DNA from: Negaprion brevirostris
Lineage: Eukaryota
Direction: 5' to 3'
DNA length: 64,000 nt
Assembly (NCBI GenBank): GCA_030324005.1
Contig: JARDVH010000073.1
Coordinates: forward strand, 83,918,934-83,982,933
Positions within the stretch are counted from its first letter, which is position 1; the number at the start of each line of letters is the position of its first letter. The notes under the pieces are model-generated. The model ran no database searches and was not told the DNA's origin. It saw only the letters and a list, made by a program, of their open reading frames with translations. The position numbers and the translations under genes were made by a program. Shown here piece after piece: positions 12,242 to 24,680 of the stretch.

Positions 12242-14511
12242 CACACATTGACTCATTGGTGGGATAGTCAAAGCTGTTGTATAAGCAGTTGCTGAGAATA
12301 CTGTTGGGCCTTCTACAGATTCTGAAGTATGAGGAGGAATAATTGTAGATGAGGTGACATTGGGTAAAGTATGTAATGTGTATGAAAGCGATTCTGACGT
12401 AGTGGTAACTGAAGGTTGTGCTGTTGAAGAAAGTGATTTGACTGAGGTTTCTTTTCTTTCAGTGGAAACAGTTCCATTCAAACTCATAGAAAGGTGTTTT
12501 GTGGTGCTTGTGAGCTGCTGAGGTGACACTGTTTTTCCTGTAACACTTTCAGTTCCAACAGAAGTTGTTGTAGGAGTAACAGGTGCTGTAGTTAGCCTAG
12601 TAACTCCTTTTGATGTTGTAATAAGTAATCCTATAACAGATGTTTCATTCACTGGAGCTGTTGATATTTCTGTTGTTAATGGTGCTGTAGACAGAACTGT
12701 AGGTCTAGTTGCATCTACTTCAACCAATGTGGATGTTACCTTTTCAGTGGTGCTGCTTATGGAAGTCGTTGTGGTTGATGTTGCTAAAAGTGATGTAACA
12801 GATGTGGTTGCATTTCTTACATGTGGAAGGGCAGTCATTTTGGATGTGATCTCTGAAACTATTGTTGTTTGGGGTGATATTGAGGTTTTATTTGTTATAA
12901 GCAATGTGGGTGAAACTGTAGTAGTCCCAAGTTGAGTTGGTTTAGATGCAGTGATTGTTCTGGGTGTTGAAATAGAAATGGGGGACATTTTTATGGAAGT
13001 TGGAATTGATGTGGTTGGCAATCTACTTGTTTCAACAGATGAAGTTTCCAATAGTGACGTGCTTTGAGCAGCTGTGGACGTACTGAAAGTAGATTTGTGC
13101 GTAGTAGTTGGTTGTACAGAAGTTGATTTACTTGTTACATATGGTTCTGTTGTTGAACTGGAGGTCATTACTGTGCTCTGTGGAGTTGAAACAGTTTTGA
13201 ATATTTGTATTGTTGAACTTGTTTCTGGTGCTTTTGTAGATAATGACGGATATGAGTGTACAGAAAATGATGTGATTGTTTTAGTTGGAAATGGATATAT
13301 TGCAGGCGCTGATGTTTTGACAGGTGTTTCTGCATACATTGTAGCAGATGATGTTAAAGAAATTTTAGCAGCTGATGTCGGAGTAGCTTCTTCTGAGGCT
13401 GTATATAATGTAGTTAAAGCTGGATAGGTCATAGGTGGAATTGTTGTTGATAGTGTTCTGGAGCTCAACGGATAAGTTGTAGTCTTTTCTGTTGAAATGG
13501 GTTGTATGGTAGTTTCACTCCTTTCTGACATTGGAACTAATATTGGCGAAGACGTTGTTGTAAGTTTTACAGTTGATGGATGTAGTGTTCCCTCTGTCGA
13601 TGCTGATATTTTCAAGACTCCTGTTGAAAGTGCTGGCATTGGTGATTTGGTCTTTTCAGTTGTCAAGGACACTGTTCCAGCAGAGAAAGGAGACACTGTA
13701 GAGACTGGATGACTAGAACTTGTAGTTTTTGCGGTTGTCCTAATGAAGGTAGGAAGCATAGTTGATTCTATTTCTTTTGAAGTTGGATACAATGTGGTTA
13801 CCTTTGAAGTTGGAAATACAGATGTTTTTTGTGTCATTGACTTTGTTCCTACTGATGGATGTGCTATAGTTGTGGAAGAGAAAGTCTTTACTGGTAGTGG
13901 TTCTGTTTTAGAAGAAATTGTCTTATTTGTAGTTGGCCATTTTGATACAATTTCAGGTCCTGTTGACAATATTCCTGTCATAGTCGTTGAAGACACTGTT
14001 GTAGTGGTGATAGGCTTTGTTTCAACTGAAGTGGACAGGAAACGAGAATCTGTTGACAATTCAATTGCACTTGTGGTTTTTGCTAATGTTAACCAATCAG
14101 GCAGAGATGTTGCTGTGGTGGTTACTCCTCTTGCTGAAGAGACTACCAATGCAGAAGGTGATGTACTGCTTTTTGTGAAATTTGATACCAAAGTTTGCTC
14201 TGTGCCAGGTGGGGTTGCAGATGTTATCTTCTGACCAAAAGTGGTTGTTCCTGTCAGTGATGGAAGTGGAGAAGTTCTTGTAGTCACCATTACTGGGATT
14301 GTTGATAGATGGGTCGCTAAAGAGGTTTCTACAGTTGGAATAGAAGAGGTGGTCTTTGCACTAGTTGTTGCTACCAGTGAAGTTCTGTACTGGCTGAAGG
14401 CAGGTGTTGTGCTAGAAGTTAATGATTTGGCTGAAGCATTAAAGGCTGGGGAAGTCGATATGCCAGGTGATGCTGGTGAGCTTGTGGGCTTAGGTACTGC
14501 TTGCCTAGTGC
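12242..14511 (-). CDS. OTOG: Otogelin large Thr/Ser/Pro-rich mucin-like exon (756 full codons), (C)TRQAVPKPTSSPASPG...IPPMSQCV
   Basis: Acceptor ttttttAG at 14512-14513, donor GTAAGT at 12236-12241; 2270 nt, phase 1/0. Open throughout, extending ORF 12215..14290 by 73 codons upstream. A long TSP region distinguishes OTOG from OTOGL. Confidence 0.92.
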
Positions 14512-16892
14512 CTAAAAAAAAGTAAACATGGATTAGTTCCTGAATGTTACTACTTCAACAATATGGAAACAATGAAACTTAGATACATAGAGCATATTTT
14601 AGTTTGGGTTTTGCAGTAAACCCTTCAACAACCAACAAATTGATTCTTCCTATCAAAGGTTCTGATTACAGTTTGACCTGTCATTTTCCTTCTGATTTTG
14701 TTGAAGTTTCATGTTGATGTAACATGTTCTATTATTATGAGATGGGCTTGAGTTTCAATAGCGAAAGTGTAGATCAGAGTAATCTTTTGTTAACGCTGTA
14801 GAGAGAATAGCAATTAATCCAACTTGGAAACCCTAGAGTGAGGGGGAAATTTCCAACTCATTGGATGAGATCAGGTTTCAACCCAAGACCTAGGGAGAAT
14901 GGAAAGTGATGTGTAAGCCAGTGGAGGTTCTAATCCCCATTCAATTCCATCCCATTGTATCTTCTGGTGGAAAACTTAAACTTGTTATGAAGTTTCACCC
15001 ATTTTTTTTGTCTTAGAAAACAAGAGTTTAACCACATACGTAAATTGTCAGGTAAATGCCCAGAAATACAAAAAATGTTTCTGTTTTCACCAAAAGGTAG
15101 AAATAAAACCAGAAACTTAACAAAACATTGCTTCCCTAATATAATTCCATTATTCTAAAATAGCTATTGGGTGCTTTATTGATAAATGAGTAAACCTTTG
15201 TATTTGCTTCCTATGGCTAAATTACACTTGTTAAAATTTATTCTGTATACCTGCAATTTACCAAATGAAAGATGGGCTATTGCTCATAATTGTAAGTAAA
15301 ATATTGCATCAATGCACGTCTTTGCATAGATTAACATTCCAATATTTGCATCTATTTAAAGTCATTGGACTTTCCACTGAGAATAAATTTGTGCAGATTG
15401 CCCTTTGCGTTCTGATTCTGGTTTCAGGATTCACTTGTGCTAACAAATTTACTCTCAAATGCTACATGTTGTATTAATAGTTCAATATGTTTCCAGCCGA
15501 GAAATTGGACAGATATTTTAAGCTGCGATTTGAGTGCTGCTTATATCTGCATGTAAGATAAATCAATTTCACAAGTGATAGATTTTTGGTTCTTTGCATA
15601 TTGACAAACCAAAATCTTTAGGTGTACATCTATTTTGTTCTGTTACACACTAATATGTCTGTAGCCAATTTTCTATCCTTTCCTCCCCTCCTCCAATTCT
15701 TCTGCAGGAATGCATGTATGTTGGGAGACAGGAGTCCTTCCATATCTCACCCACAAGACTATTATCCACAAGCCAGTCTAGATGGCATGTGCCTGCAAGC
15801 TATGTGCTTCTGGGGGAATACCATCTCTATTATTGTCCTTGCCAGATATACAAAGTCCCCTGTAGCTATTACTAGATATTGATCAACTGAGAACGCTACC
15901 TAAATTTCTCAATAGTTCCCACAAAGCTCTATGGCTAATTATAGCACATCTTGTGGCAACCTATTGGTATCAGCTGTTTCAACAGAAGTCAGGAGTTAAA
16001 CCTCAAACTTTCCAGTCTGCATTGCCATATATTTTAGAGAAAGGTAATTATTGGATGTATTTTCTTCCTTAGTTTGTAAATAAAGTATTAATACATTATC
16101 TACTCCAACAATTATCTTTACTGCTTTTATGAAGAGTGGTGTTAGTTTAATTATATTGTCTGAAATGTCACTAATAACCATATGTATCACCCAACTATAT
16201 TTAGCTTTGAACCCATATGCTTGTACCTTTGTAACATTGTTGTGCTCATTGAGGATAGCTCACTTAGAGAGTCTTTTTAGGAGAATGTGGTACTTGGTCA
16301 TTTCAAGCACAGAATGTTAACTTCAATTATTAGAATCTCAAGAGCAGCTTGGTTGACAATGAAGTAAACTTTTCTTGCTGCTAAACCCCAAACCGACATG
16401 CCTCAGCTACACAGCATCAGTGTCACATGTTTACATTTTTTCTGTGAAGTTCCTGATTTGGACAAAAATATTAAGATAGTTTTGTGCTGTGAGCCTAAGC
16501 TTATCTTTTAGGAAACAGATTAAAGTTGGCCAAACTCACTTCACATTGGACCATAACACCTGCAGGCAGGTAATTTCTATTTGATTTGTCAAAACTTGAT
16601 TTCATTCCAAAGTTGCAAGCTAATAGTCTTATATGAAATCTTAGAATGTATAATGGGGCTTTAAGAATCTGTGGGGAGAACAAGCAATTTGGATACAAAT
16701 ATTTTTTAGGACTATGCCTGAAAATGTAAAGTTATCTGCTTTCACTGACTGACCATCCTGTGTTATTCCAGCATACTCTTTTATTTTGTTTTAGATTTCC
16801 AAGATTTTCAGTACTTTAAATCTGTCAGGTTTTTTTTAGCATATTTTGACTCTATTTGTCTATAGGAAAACACAAATAAAATGGCTACTTAC

Positions 16893-16972
16893 AGTCCTCT
16901 GGATAAACACATCTTTGTGTATCTTCATCAAACACCATATTGAGTGGACAACGAGGTACACAGCCTTCCACG
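16893..16972 (-). CDS. OTOG: Otogelin exon: (S)[26 protein letters not shown](C)
   Basis: Acceptor tttttcttaAG, donor GTAAGT; 80 nt, phase 2/1, joining both neighbouring exons in frame. VEGC.P.CP...DE.TQRCVY motif. Confidence 0.92.
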
Positions 16973-18745
16973 CTTAAGAAAAAGATTATTTCAGTACTCT
17001 TTAAGTATCACATCTGCATTATACGTTTATACCCAAATTATTTAGAAATATTGAGAACAGTGATGCCCAAAGGACACCATTTTTCTATTCTACCGGTCCA
17101 AAATATTCATGAGCCACTACTTTGTGGTACTTTCCTTTAACCAATTTCTTAACTAAAACTGTACATTTTAACTCCAGCCATATGAATGATCCATAATGTG
17201 GCAGCATCACATTTTGAAATTTAGACCTGGATTTTTAAAATGCTGGAGAGCATGGTGGAGAAGACTAAAATCTAGAAGCCCTGCTCCTGACCACGGAACC
17301 AATCATTTTTGTGGGGGTGTGAATGGGATGGTTTGTATTTTGTGCATGCGTGTTTCACAGAGAGAGCTACCCATATAAATTAATATGTGCTTCCGCTCTT
17401 GTCTGATTTTGGTGACCAGCTGTGTGAAAAATGACGTGCAGATTAGGCCTGGTAAGAACAAGTCTAAATTGCATGAGCTTTTCAGAGAGGTGGGGTATTC
17501 CTTTGGATATGGTTCAGTATACCTTTTATGGCAGTCAAGTGCATTTGAGAGTGGTCAGATGCCCTTTGGGAGTAGCCAGGTGCCCTTTGTAATTGTTAAA
17601 AGTGTACTCGAATGTGCATAAAAAGGATGCATACTTATTGGAACTGTTAAGAGGAGCTATCAAAAGTTGGGTAAAAGTAGCTGAAATGAGGAGCTGTCAA
17701 AAGAGACAAAAGCAAATGTTGAAAGCAACTGGGAGGAGGAAAGTACCAAAAGTGTCAAAATCAACTATCCAGCTGTTAATTAACTTAAAACATCCATTCT
17801 TCAAATCTTTTAAAAAACTTTTTGCAGCGTTTTTAAAAAAGTCATTACTTGCTCTTTCACTCTGTCTTTTGGCATAAGTCTGAGGGTTATCAATACTGGA
17901 CTATTTGTGCTGCAATACTGATTTTACAATTTTTCATTATCAGAGTGGAGTGCCTTACATTAGATTGTTTCATTGAAGCTCCAACTTATTATAGACTCTC
18001 TGCAGTGGGATTATGAATTCTAATACTTTTTAAATCACCGATTACATGTCTATATGAATGAAACGTTTATTCTTATAAGGGGTTCTGTAATTTAAAAAAT
18101 GTAAATGAAATAGATGGTTTTATGAATGACTGTCTTCTTTCATAAAATAAAGTCTGCAATAGACATTTACAACTTAATTTTATTTAATCTAAGCATGGCT
18201 TCTGAGATCTACCCATAGAGGATATCATGGCTACCTGGTAGGTGTAAGGGTAAACTGGGGGGCATTCATTNNNNNNNNNNTTGGAACCAGGTTGGCATAT
18301 GGGTTATAAAGAGCCATGGTGAGTGAGTGGAGGGCATAGGTTGATATGAAAATTATGGTTATAGGCGTGGGGAAGGGTCACAGGTTAGGATGGTGATGGG
18401 CAGATATCATATGGGATATGAGCAGCTACGGTAGTGAGTAAATAGCATGAGATGACATGGGTTGGCATGGCGGTGGCATGATGAGTGTGTATGGGGCAAG
18501 AAGGTCTGAGGAACTAGGAGTGGATGCTTTATAAAAACTCTTTAACAAAGCTTTAGTATACCAAGGCAGGCCCACCTCAACACCTGAGAGCCTCTGAACT
18601 AATTCTNNNNNNNNNNNNNNNNNNNNNNNNNNNNNNNNNNNNNNNNNNNNNNNNNNNNNNNNNNNNNNNNNNNNNNNNNNNNNNNNNNNNNNNNNNNNNN
18701 NNNNNNTGACTCACAGAGGGCTCTATAATCCCAGAATAAATCTAA

Positions 18746-19083
18746 GGACACGGTGACACAATAGTTAGCATTGTGCCTCATAGTGCCATGGACCAGGGTT
18801 CAATTCCAGCCTTGGGTGACTGGTTCTGTGGAGTTTGCACATTCTCCCCATATCTGTATGGATTTCATCCCAGAGACCAAAGATGTTCCAGTTAGGTGGA
18901 TTGGTGATGCTAAATTGCCTTTTACTGTTCAAAGATGTGTAGATTAGATGGATTTGCCATGGTAATAGCGTGGAATTACAGGGAAAGGGCAGAGGGCAGG
19001 GCCTGGGTAAGATGCTCTTTTGGAGAGTAGGTGCAGACTCGACGGGCTGAATGACCTCCTGCTGCACTGTAGGGATTCTATGA
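18746..19083 (+). mobile_element. tRNA-derived SINE (HE1 type), near full length
   Basis: A/B boxes (ggtgacacaatagttagc; ggttcaattcc), core gagtttgcacattctcccc, tail gcactgtagggattctatg. Confidence 0.85.
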
Positions 19084-19214
19084 AATCTAACAGCTCAAAT
19101 GTGTGCATCCATGAGGCGCTCTCAGCCAAAAGCAGCAGAAAAATGGTATTCAACCACAATGTGCCAAACCTTACTCTGAACTCTACCATTACCACCAATC
19201 TGGGGGACAAATAA

Positions 19215-19505
19215 AAGATGAAAATAATGGAAACACTCAGCAGGTTTGACAGGTTTTATGGAGCTCTGATGAAAGTTAACAACCTGAAACATTAATTTTG
19301 TTTCTCTGTCCACAGATGCTGCCACACCTGTTGANNNNNNNNNNNNNNNNNNNNNNNNNNNNNNNNNNNNNNNNNNNNNNNNNNNNNNNNNNNNNNNNNN
19401 NNNNNNNNNNNNNNNNNNNNNNNNNNNNNNNNNNTTAATTTTGTTTCTCTGTCCACAGATGCTGCCACACCTGTTGAGTATTTCCAGCATTTTCTGGTTT
19501 TATTT
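19215..19505 (+). mobile_element. Penelope-derived palindromic element with a degenerate hammerhead motif
   Basis: Arms ...ggaaacactcagcagg / cctgttgagtatttccagcattttct; CTGATGA at 19266-19272 and GAAAC at 19286-19290. Related pieces at ~16740-16815, 19810-19890, 39080-39490, 45420-45510 and 55495-55640. Confidence 0.6.
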
Positions 19506-19509
19506 AAGC

Positions 19510-20642
19510 GAGAGGATCAATCCTGGTTCAATGAGGGGCTTAGGAGAGCATGTCAGGAACAGCACAAGGTGTACCTAAAAACGAGGTGCCAACCTGGTGA
19601 AGCTACAACACAGGAATACATATATGCTAAACAGCAGAGGCAGGGTGCTATTGACAGTGTAAATGATCCCACAAAGGTTAGATCAAAGTTCTGCCTTACA
19701 TTCTCATCCAGTTCTAGATGGTGGAAAACAATTAAACAAATAATAGGGGAATAAGCTCCACAAACATCACCATTCCAGAAAAAAAAAGTTAATGTTGTGA
19801 GTCCGATGTGACATTTCTTCAGCTTGTAATTATTTCCAGCTCTTCCTGTTTTCATTTCTGACTTCCAGCATCCACAGTATTTCATTTTTATCTCATCCTA
19901 CATGCTGTGCAAACCCAAAACATCAGTGCAAAAAGCAAGATTGAACCATTTGTCGATATCTTCAGCCATAAGTGTCAAGTCAATGATCCATATATGCACT
20001 TCCTGAGGTCTTTAGCATCATAGATGCCAGACTTCCACCTTTTGAATTCATTCACGTGATATTGAGAAATGGCTGAACACACTAGATACAGCAAAAGTTA
20101 TGGCTCCTGACAATATCCTAGGTGTAGTCTCATAGCATGAAGTTTCACAGCATCAGGTCAAAATGAGCAATGAAACCTCCTGCTACCATGTATTCCCTCA
20201 GCTGATGGATCAATAATCCTCCATGTTGAAAACTATTTGGAGGAAGCATTGAGGGTGTCAAGGGCACAAAATGTACTCTAGATGGGGACTTCAGTGTCCA
20301 TTACCAAGAATGGCTGGGTAGCACCACTAGCCAAGTCCTGAAGGGCATTGCTGCTCGGCCGATGACGAGGGAACCAACAAGAGGGAAAAACATACTGAAC
20401 CTCATCCTCACTAATCTGCTTGCTGTAGATACATCTGTCCATGACTGTGACGATAGGAGTAACCACTGCAGTCCTGATGGGGACAAAGTCGCATTTTCAC
20501 ATTGAGAATACCATCTATTGTGTTGAGTGGCACCACCACTGCGCCAAATGAGGTAGATTTTGAATAGAACCAATGACCCAAGATTGGGCATCCATGAAGT
20601 GCTGTGGGCCATCAGCAGCAACAGAATTGTACTCTGACAATC
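19510..20642 (+). mobile_element. Decayed CR1/L2-superfamily LINE ORF2 fragments (endonuclease-RT linker and endonuclease end)
   Basis: ORF 19569..19754 (RSKFC...SSRWWKTIKQ) is homologous to 24082..24303. Confidence 0.7.
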
Positions 20643-20742
20643 NNNNNNNNNNNNNNNNNNNNNNNNNNNNNNNNNNNNNNNNNNNNNNNNNNNNNNNNNN
20701 NNNNNNNNNNNNNNNNNNNNNNNNNNNNNNNNNNNNNNNNNN

Positions 20743-20925
20743 GGCCATCTTCAAGTTTATCTGGAGATCAAAGATGGATCGCGTCCGGAGGGAAGCGATG
20801 CACAAATCTCCAAAGAACGGAGGGAAAAGCGTTCCCAATGCTGCCCTCATCCTGATGGCCACCTTTGTGTGTGGCTGCATCAAGCTGTGCGTAGATCCTC
20901 AGTACACTAACAAAAATGGACAGGT
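20743..20925 (+). mobile_element. L1/Tx1-clade LINE ORF2 C-terminal fragment next to an assembly gap
   Basis: Translation FKFIWRSKMDRVRREAMHKSPKNGGKSVPN matches the FIW....RV.......GG..VP motif of Tx1/L1 ORF2. Confidence 0.65.
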
Positions 20926-21519
20926 TCTGTGACAAACAAGTGATCTGTTGGCCCAAAACACAGAAGTGAAAGGTAAAATTCTACCTTGAGAAGCCTTCAA
21001 GGATAAACACATTTGACTGCAGTTTAGTCTTAGTGAAGTGAATCTTTGTTCTTTACTTAATACACTTAGTGTGAGGTCACATGCATTATAATGTAAGGGA
21101 ACCCAAGATGTGTAGTTTGTGATCCATTGGCTCGCAAACAACCAGCGCTTCCCAAACAATCCAAATCATGTTTATCCAACTTAATCCAGTGACATCACGT
21201 GGGCTGGCACCAGTGCTGCTACAACTGAAGAATAGATCAAAATAAACTTGCAGCTGTATCCTGATATGTTTGGACTGCAGATTGATTTTCAGTGATTGCT
21301 TGGTCTCTCCAGATGCTGGCACTCTGACAATTTCGTGTTGGAGGACAAACTCTATGCAGAGATCTTGCAAAAGCTTTTATCCTGCTTCTATGAATCTGTT
21401 GCTCAGTATATCACAAGGGCTGGAGGATGGGGGAGTATGAGGAGAAGGAACGCGAGGAGCACATCAGAGTTCAGAGACATGCCACTGTTGGGAGATTGGG
21501 AGGAAGGAGGAGACAGCAC

Positions 21520-22035
21520 AGGAAATGTTGCACCATATTTATCTAAAGGAGCAGCAAGTTCTTATCTGCATCTAACTGATGGGCAGTGTGCCTATCACTT
21601 CACAGAACCATAGAATCCCTACAGTGCAGAAAGAGGCCATTTGGCCCATCGAGTCTGCAACTGACCACAATCCCATCCAGGGCCTATTCCCGTAACCCCA
21701 CATATTTATCCTGCTAATCCCCTGACACTAGCATCAATCAAACTAACCCCACATCTTTAGACTGTGAGAGGAAACTGGAATACCTGGAGGAAACCCACAC
21801 AGACACAGGGAGAAGGTGCAAACTCCACACAGACAGTGATCCGAAGCCGGAATTGAAAGCACTGTACCACCATGCAGTATCTGAGATTTGTCACCAACTG
21901 CAGTCCTGGACACCTTCATCATTGTGCCTGTCTCTAAGATGACTATGGTACTGAATTATACGCTGCAGAGTCATTCCTAGGTCACAGTTGGTGACATTAG
22001 CAGTGTCAGGTGGTTTGGAGTGCATTGCTGGTCCA
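21520..22035 (+). mobile_element. PIF/Harbinger transposase N-terminal remnant split by a SINE
   Basis: SYLHLTDGQC before the SINE; after it ICHQLQ..., PVSKMTMVLN..YAAESF..VGDISSV..VHCW across frameshifts, resembling the HARBI1-like motif LPVA.KV..ALNFYA.GSF...GD..GISQ...H.C. Confidence 0.5.
21608..21873 (-). mobile_element. tRNA-derived SINE (HE1 type)
   Basis: Near-collinear with 700-987 (catagaatccctacagtgcagaaagaggccat...). Confidence 0.85.
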
Positions 22036-22936
22036 AGCAGTTAATGGGTCCAATGGTCATTTTGTCAAAATATCCAACATCCCACGGGCACATGGCAGGC
22101 GTGACACTTGTTATCTATCTTCCTGAAATGAGCAGGAGTGGACATTTGGACAGTTTGGTGCCACTAACCAATGCTAAAGAGAGAGTTATCAGAGAGTAGT
22201 GAATTAGCTGGGGAGGGGTATTGGGTGGGCACAATACGAGGGAAATGGATTGAACAACTTTTCCATTAGGGCGCTCTGCTCCCCTTCCCAGCCCCAGAAA
22301 GCAAAACTTCCCACTGGAGTTTCCTCCAAGGCAGTCCCTCCTGCTTCTCTCCAATCATCACCTGAGCCCTCACTGAGAGAGTGAGTGCGGGAAAGGGAGG
22401 GGGAGGTTTGGTGGTAGGAAGGGTTAGCGAGAGGGAGGGTCAGGGAGTGGCAGAGTCTGTGAGCCTGGATAGTTGGCAGTGAAAGGATGGGTTAGAGAGT
22501 GGGATATGTGGCAAGCAGGCAGTTCAGAAAACAGGATTCACAGAATCACAGAACTGTTACAGTACAGATGGAGACCATTTGGACTATTATGTTTGCATCA
22601 GCTCTCCACATGAGCATCATGATTTTGTGTCATTCCTCAGCCTTTTTCCTGCCCCCTGCACATTGTTTCTATTCAAATAATCATCTAATGTCCTCTTGAA
22701 TGCACCAGTTGAATCTGCCTCCACCACACTTCCAGGCAGCACGTTCCAGATTGGTGGTGAATGGGAGTTAAGTAGAAAGTTAGCATCCCTCTTAACTTTT
22801 TAAATTTATTTTGTTTTCTAAGCTCTTTCATTTACCAACATAGCAATTTAGCAATGTAAATATTTCAACTTACAAGGTATAATGATTTAATGTTTCTTTA
22901 GTCTGATGAGAAAGGTCCCACAGAACCTCAGCATAG

Positions 22937-23895
22937 GGGACCAAGTATAGTGTGTCAAAATTCGCAGATAACACTAAGATGGGTCGAAGAGCAAAGTGTG
23001 CAGAGGATGCTGAAAGTCTGTAAAGGGATATAGATAGTCTATGTGAGTGGGTGAGGGTCTGGCAGGTGGAGTACACTGTTGGTAAATGTGAGGTCATCCA
23101 TTTTGGTAGGAATAACAACAAAATGGACTATTATTTAAATGGTAAAAAATTGCAGCACGCTGCTGTACAGAGGGACCTGGGTGTCCTCACGGAGTTGGTT
23201 TGCAGGTGCAGTAGATAATTAAGAAGGCAAATGGAATTTTAGTCTTTCATTGCTGGAGGGATGGAGTTTAAAAACAGTGAGATTATGCTGCAGCTGTACA
23301 AGGTGCTGGTGAGGCCACACCTGGAGTACTGTGTACAGTTTTGGTCTCCTTATTTGAGAAAGGATGTACTGGCACTGGAAGGGGTGGCACTAGAGAGGAT
23401 GCAAAGGAGAATCATTAGGTTGATTCCAGAGTTGAGAGGGTTGGCTTATGAGGAGACACTCAGCAAACTGGGATTATACTCATTGGAATTTAGAAGACTC
23501 AGGGGAGATCTTAATATGAAGGGATCGGATAGGAGATAAGATGATAAGATAAAAGCAGGGAGGTTGTTTCCACTGGTGGGTGAAACTGGATCTAGGAGGC
23601 ATTGCCTCAAAATGAGGGGGAGCAGTTTTAGGACTGAGTTGAGGAAGAATTTCTTCACCCCAAGGGTTATGAATCAGTGGAATCCCCTGCCCAACAAAGT
23701 AGTTAAGGGTACCTCTTTGAATGTTTTTGAGGCAAAGATAGATAGATTTTTGAACAGCAAAGGAATTAAGGGTTACAGGAATGGGTGAGTAAGTAGAGCT
23801 GAGTCCACAAAAATATCAGCCATGATTTTATTGAATGGCAGGCAGAGCAGGCTCAGAGGGCTTGATGGCTACTCCTACTCTTAATTCTTATGTTC
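22937..23895 (+). mobile_element. CR1 LINE, 5'-truncated (RT end and 3' UTR)
   Basis: KFADNTK; LYKVLVRPHLEYCVQFWSPYLRKD; RNFFT.RV.N.WN.LP; 3' tail ttcttatgttc. Confidence 0.9.
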
Positions 23896-24680
23896 AATGA
23901 GGCACTGTGGGCCTTCAAAGGCAGTGGAACTGTACACCAGCACAATCTGTAACCTCACGGCCCAACATATCCCTGTCAATCACTATCATTGAGCCACGGG
24001 ATTAAGCCTGGTTCAATGGAGAGAGCAGGAGTGCATGCCAGCAGCGACACTGTGCATACCTTAAAATGAGTTGTCAACCTAATGAAGCGACGAAAGGACC
24101 ACTTGCATGCCAAACGTCAAAAACAGCAAGTGATCGAAAGAGCTAAGCGATCCCACAACCAACGGATCAGATCTAAGCTCTGCAGTGCTGCCATATCCAG
24201 TCCTGAATGGTGGTGGACAATTAAACAACTCACTGGAGGAGGAGGCTCCACAAATATTCTCATTCTTAATGAAGGGGGATCCCAACACAAAAGGTTAGGT
24301 TGAAGCATTTGTAACAATCTTCAGCCAGAAGTGCTGAGTGAATGACCCATCTCAGCTTCTTTCAGAGGTCCCTAGCATCACAGATGCCAGTCTTTAATTA
24401 ATTCAATTCACTTGAAATTAAGAAGCAGCTGAAGGAAATTGATACTTCAAAGGCTATAGGTTCTGACAATATTCTGGCAATAGTAATGAAGACTTGTGCT
24501 CCGGAACTTGACACATTCCTAATCAAGCTGTTTAAGTATAGCTACAGTGCTGGCATCTACCCAGAAATATAGGAATTGCCCAGGTATGTCCTATACTAAA
24601 AAAGCAGGACAAATCCAAATGGGACAGCTACCACCCTATCAGTCTCCTCTTGATCATCAGTAAGGTGATGAAAGGGGTTT
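23896..24680 (+). mobile_element. CR1/L2-superfamily LINE ORF2 fragment
   Basis: RSHNQRIRSKLCS...WWWTIKQLTGGGG, then KAIGSDNI and YHPISLLLIISKVM (RT domains 0-1). Confidence 0.75.

Noticed and set aside
12729-14525. Chain of Val-rich plus-strand ORFs antisense to the TSP exon
   Set aside because: Expected mirror of Thr/Ser/Pro codons, which give few antisense stops; no independent splice or start signals.
19291-19478. Identical ~43-bp sequence on both sides of a 100-N gap
   Set aside because: Most likely an unmerged contig overlap rather than a real tandem duplication.
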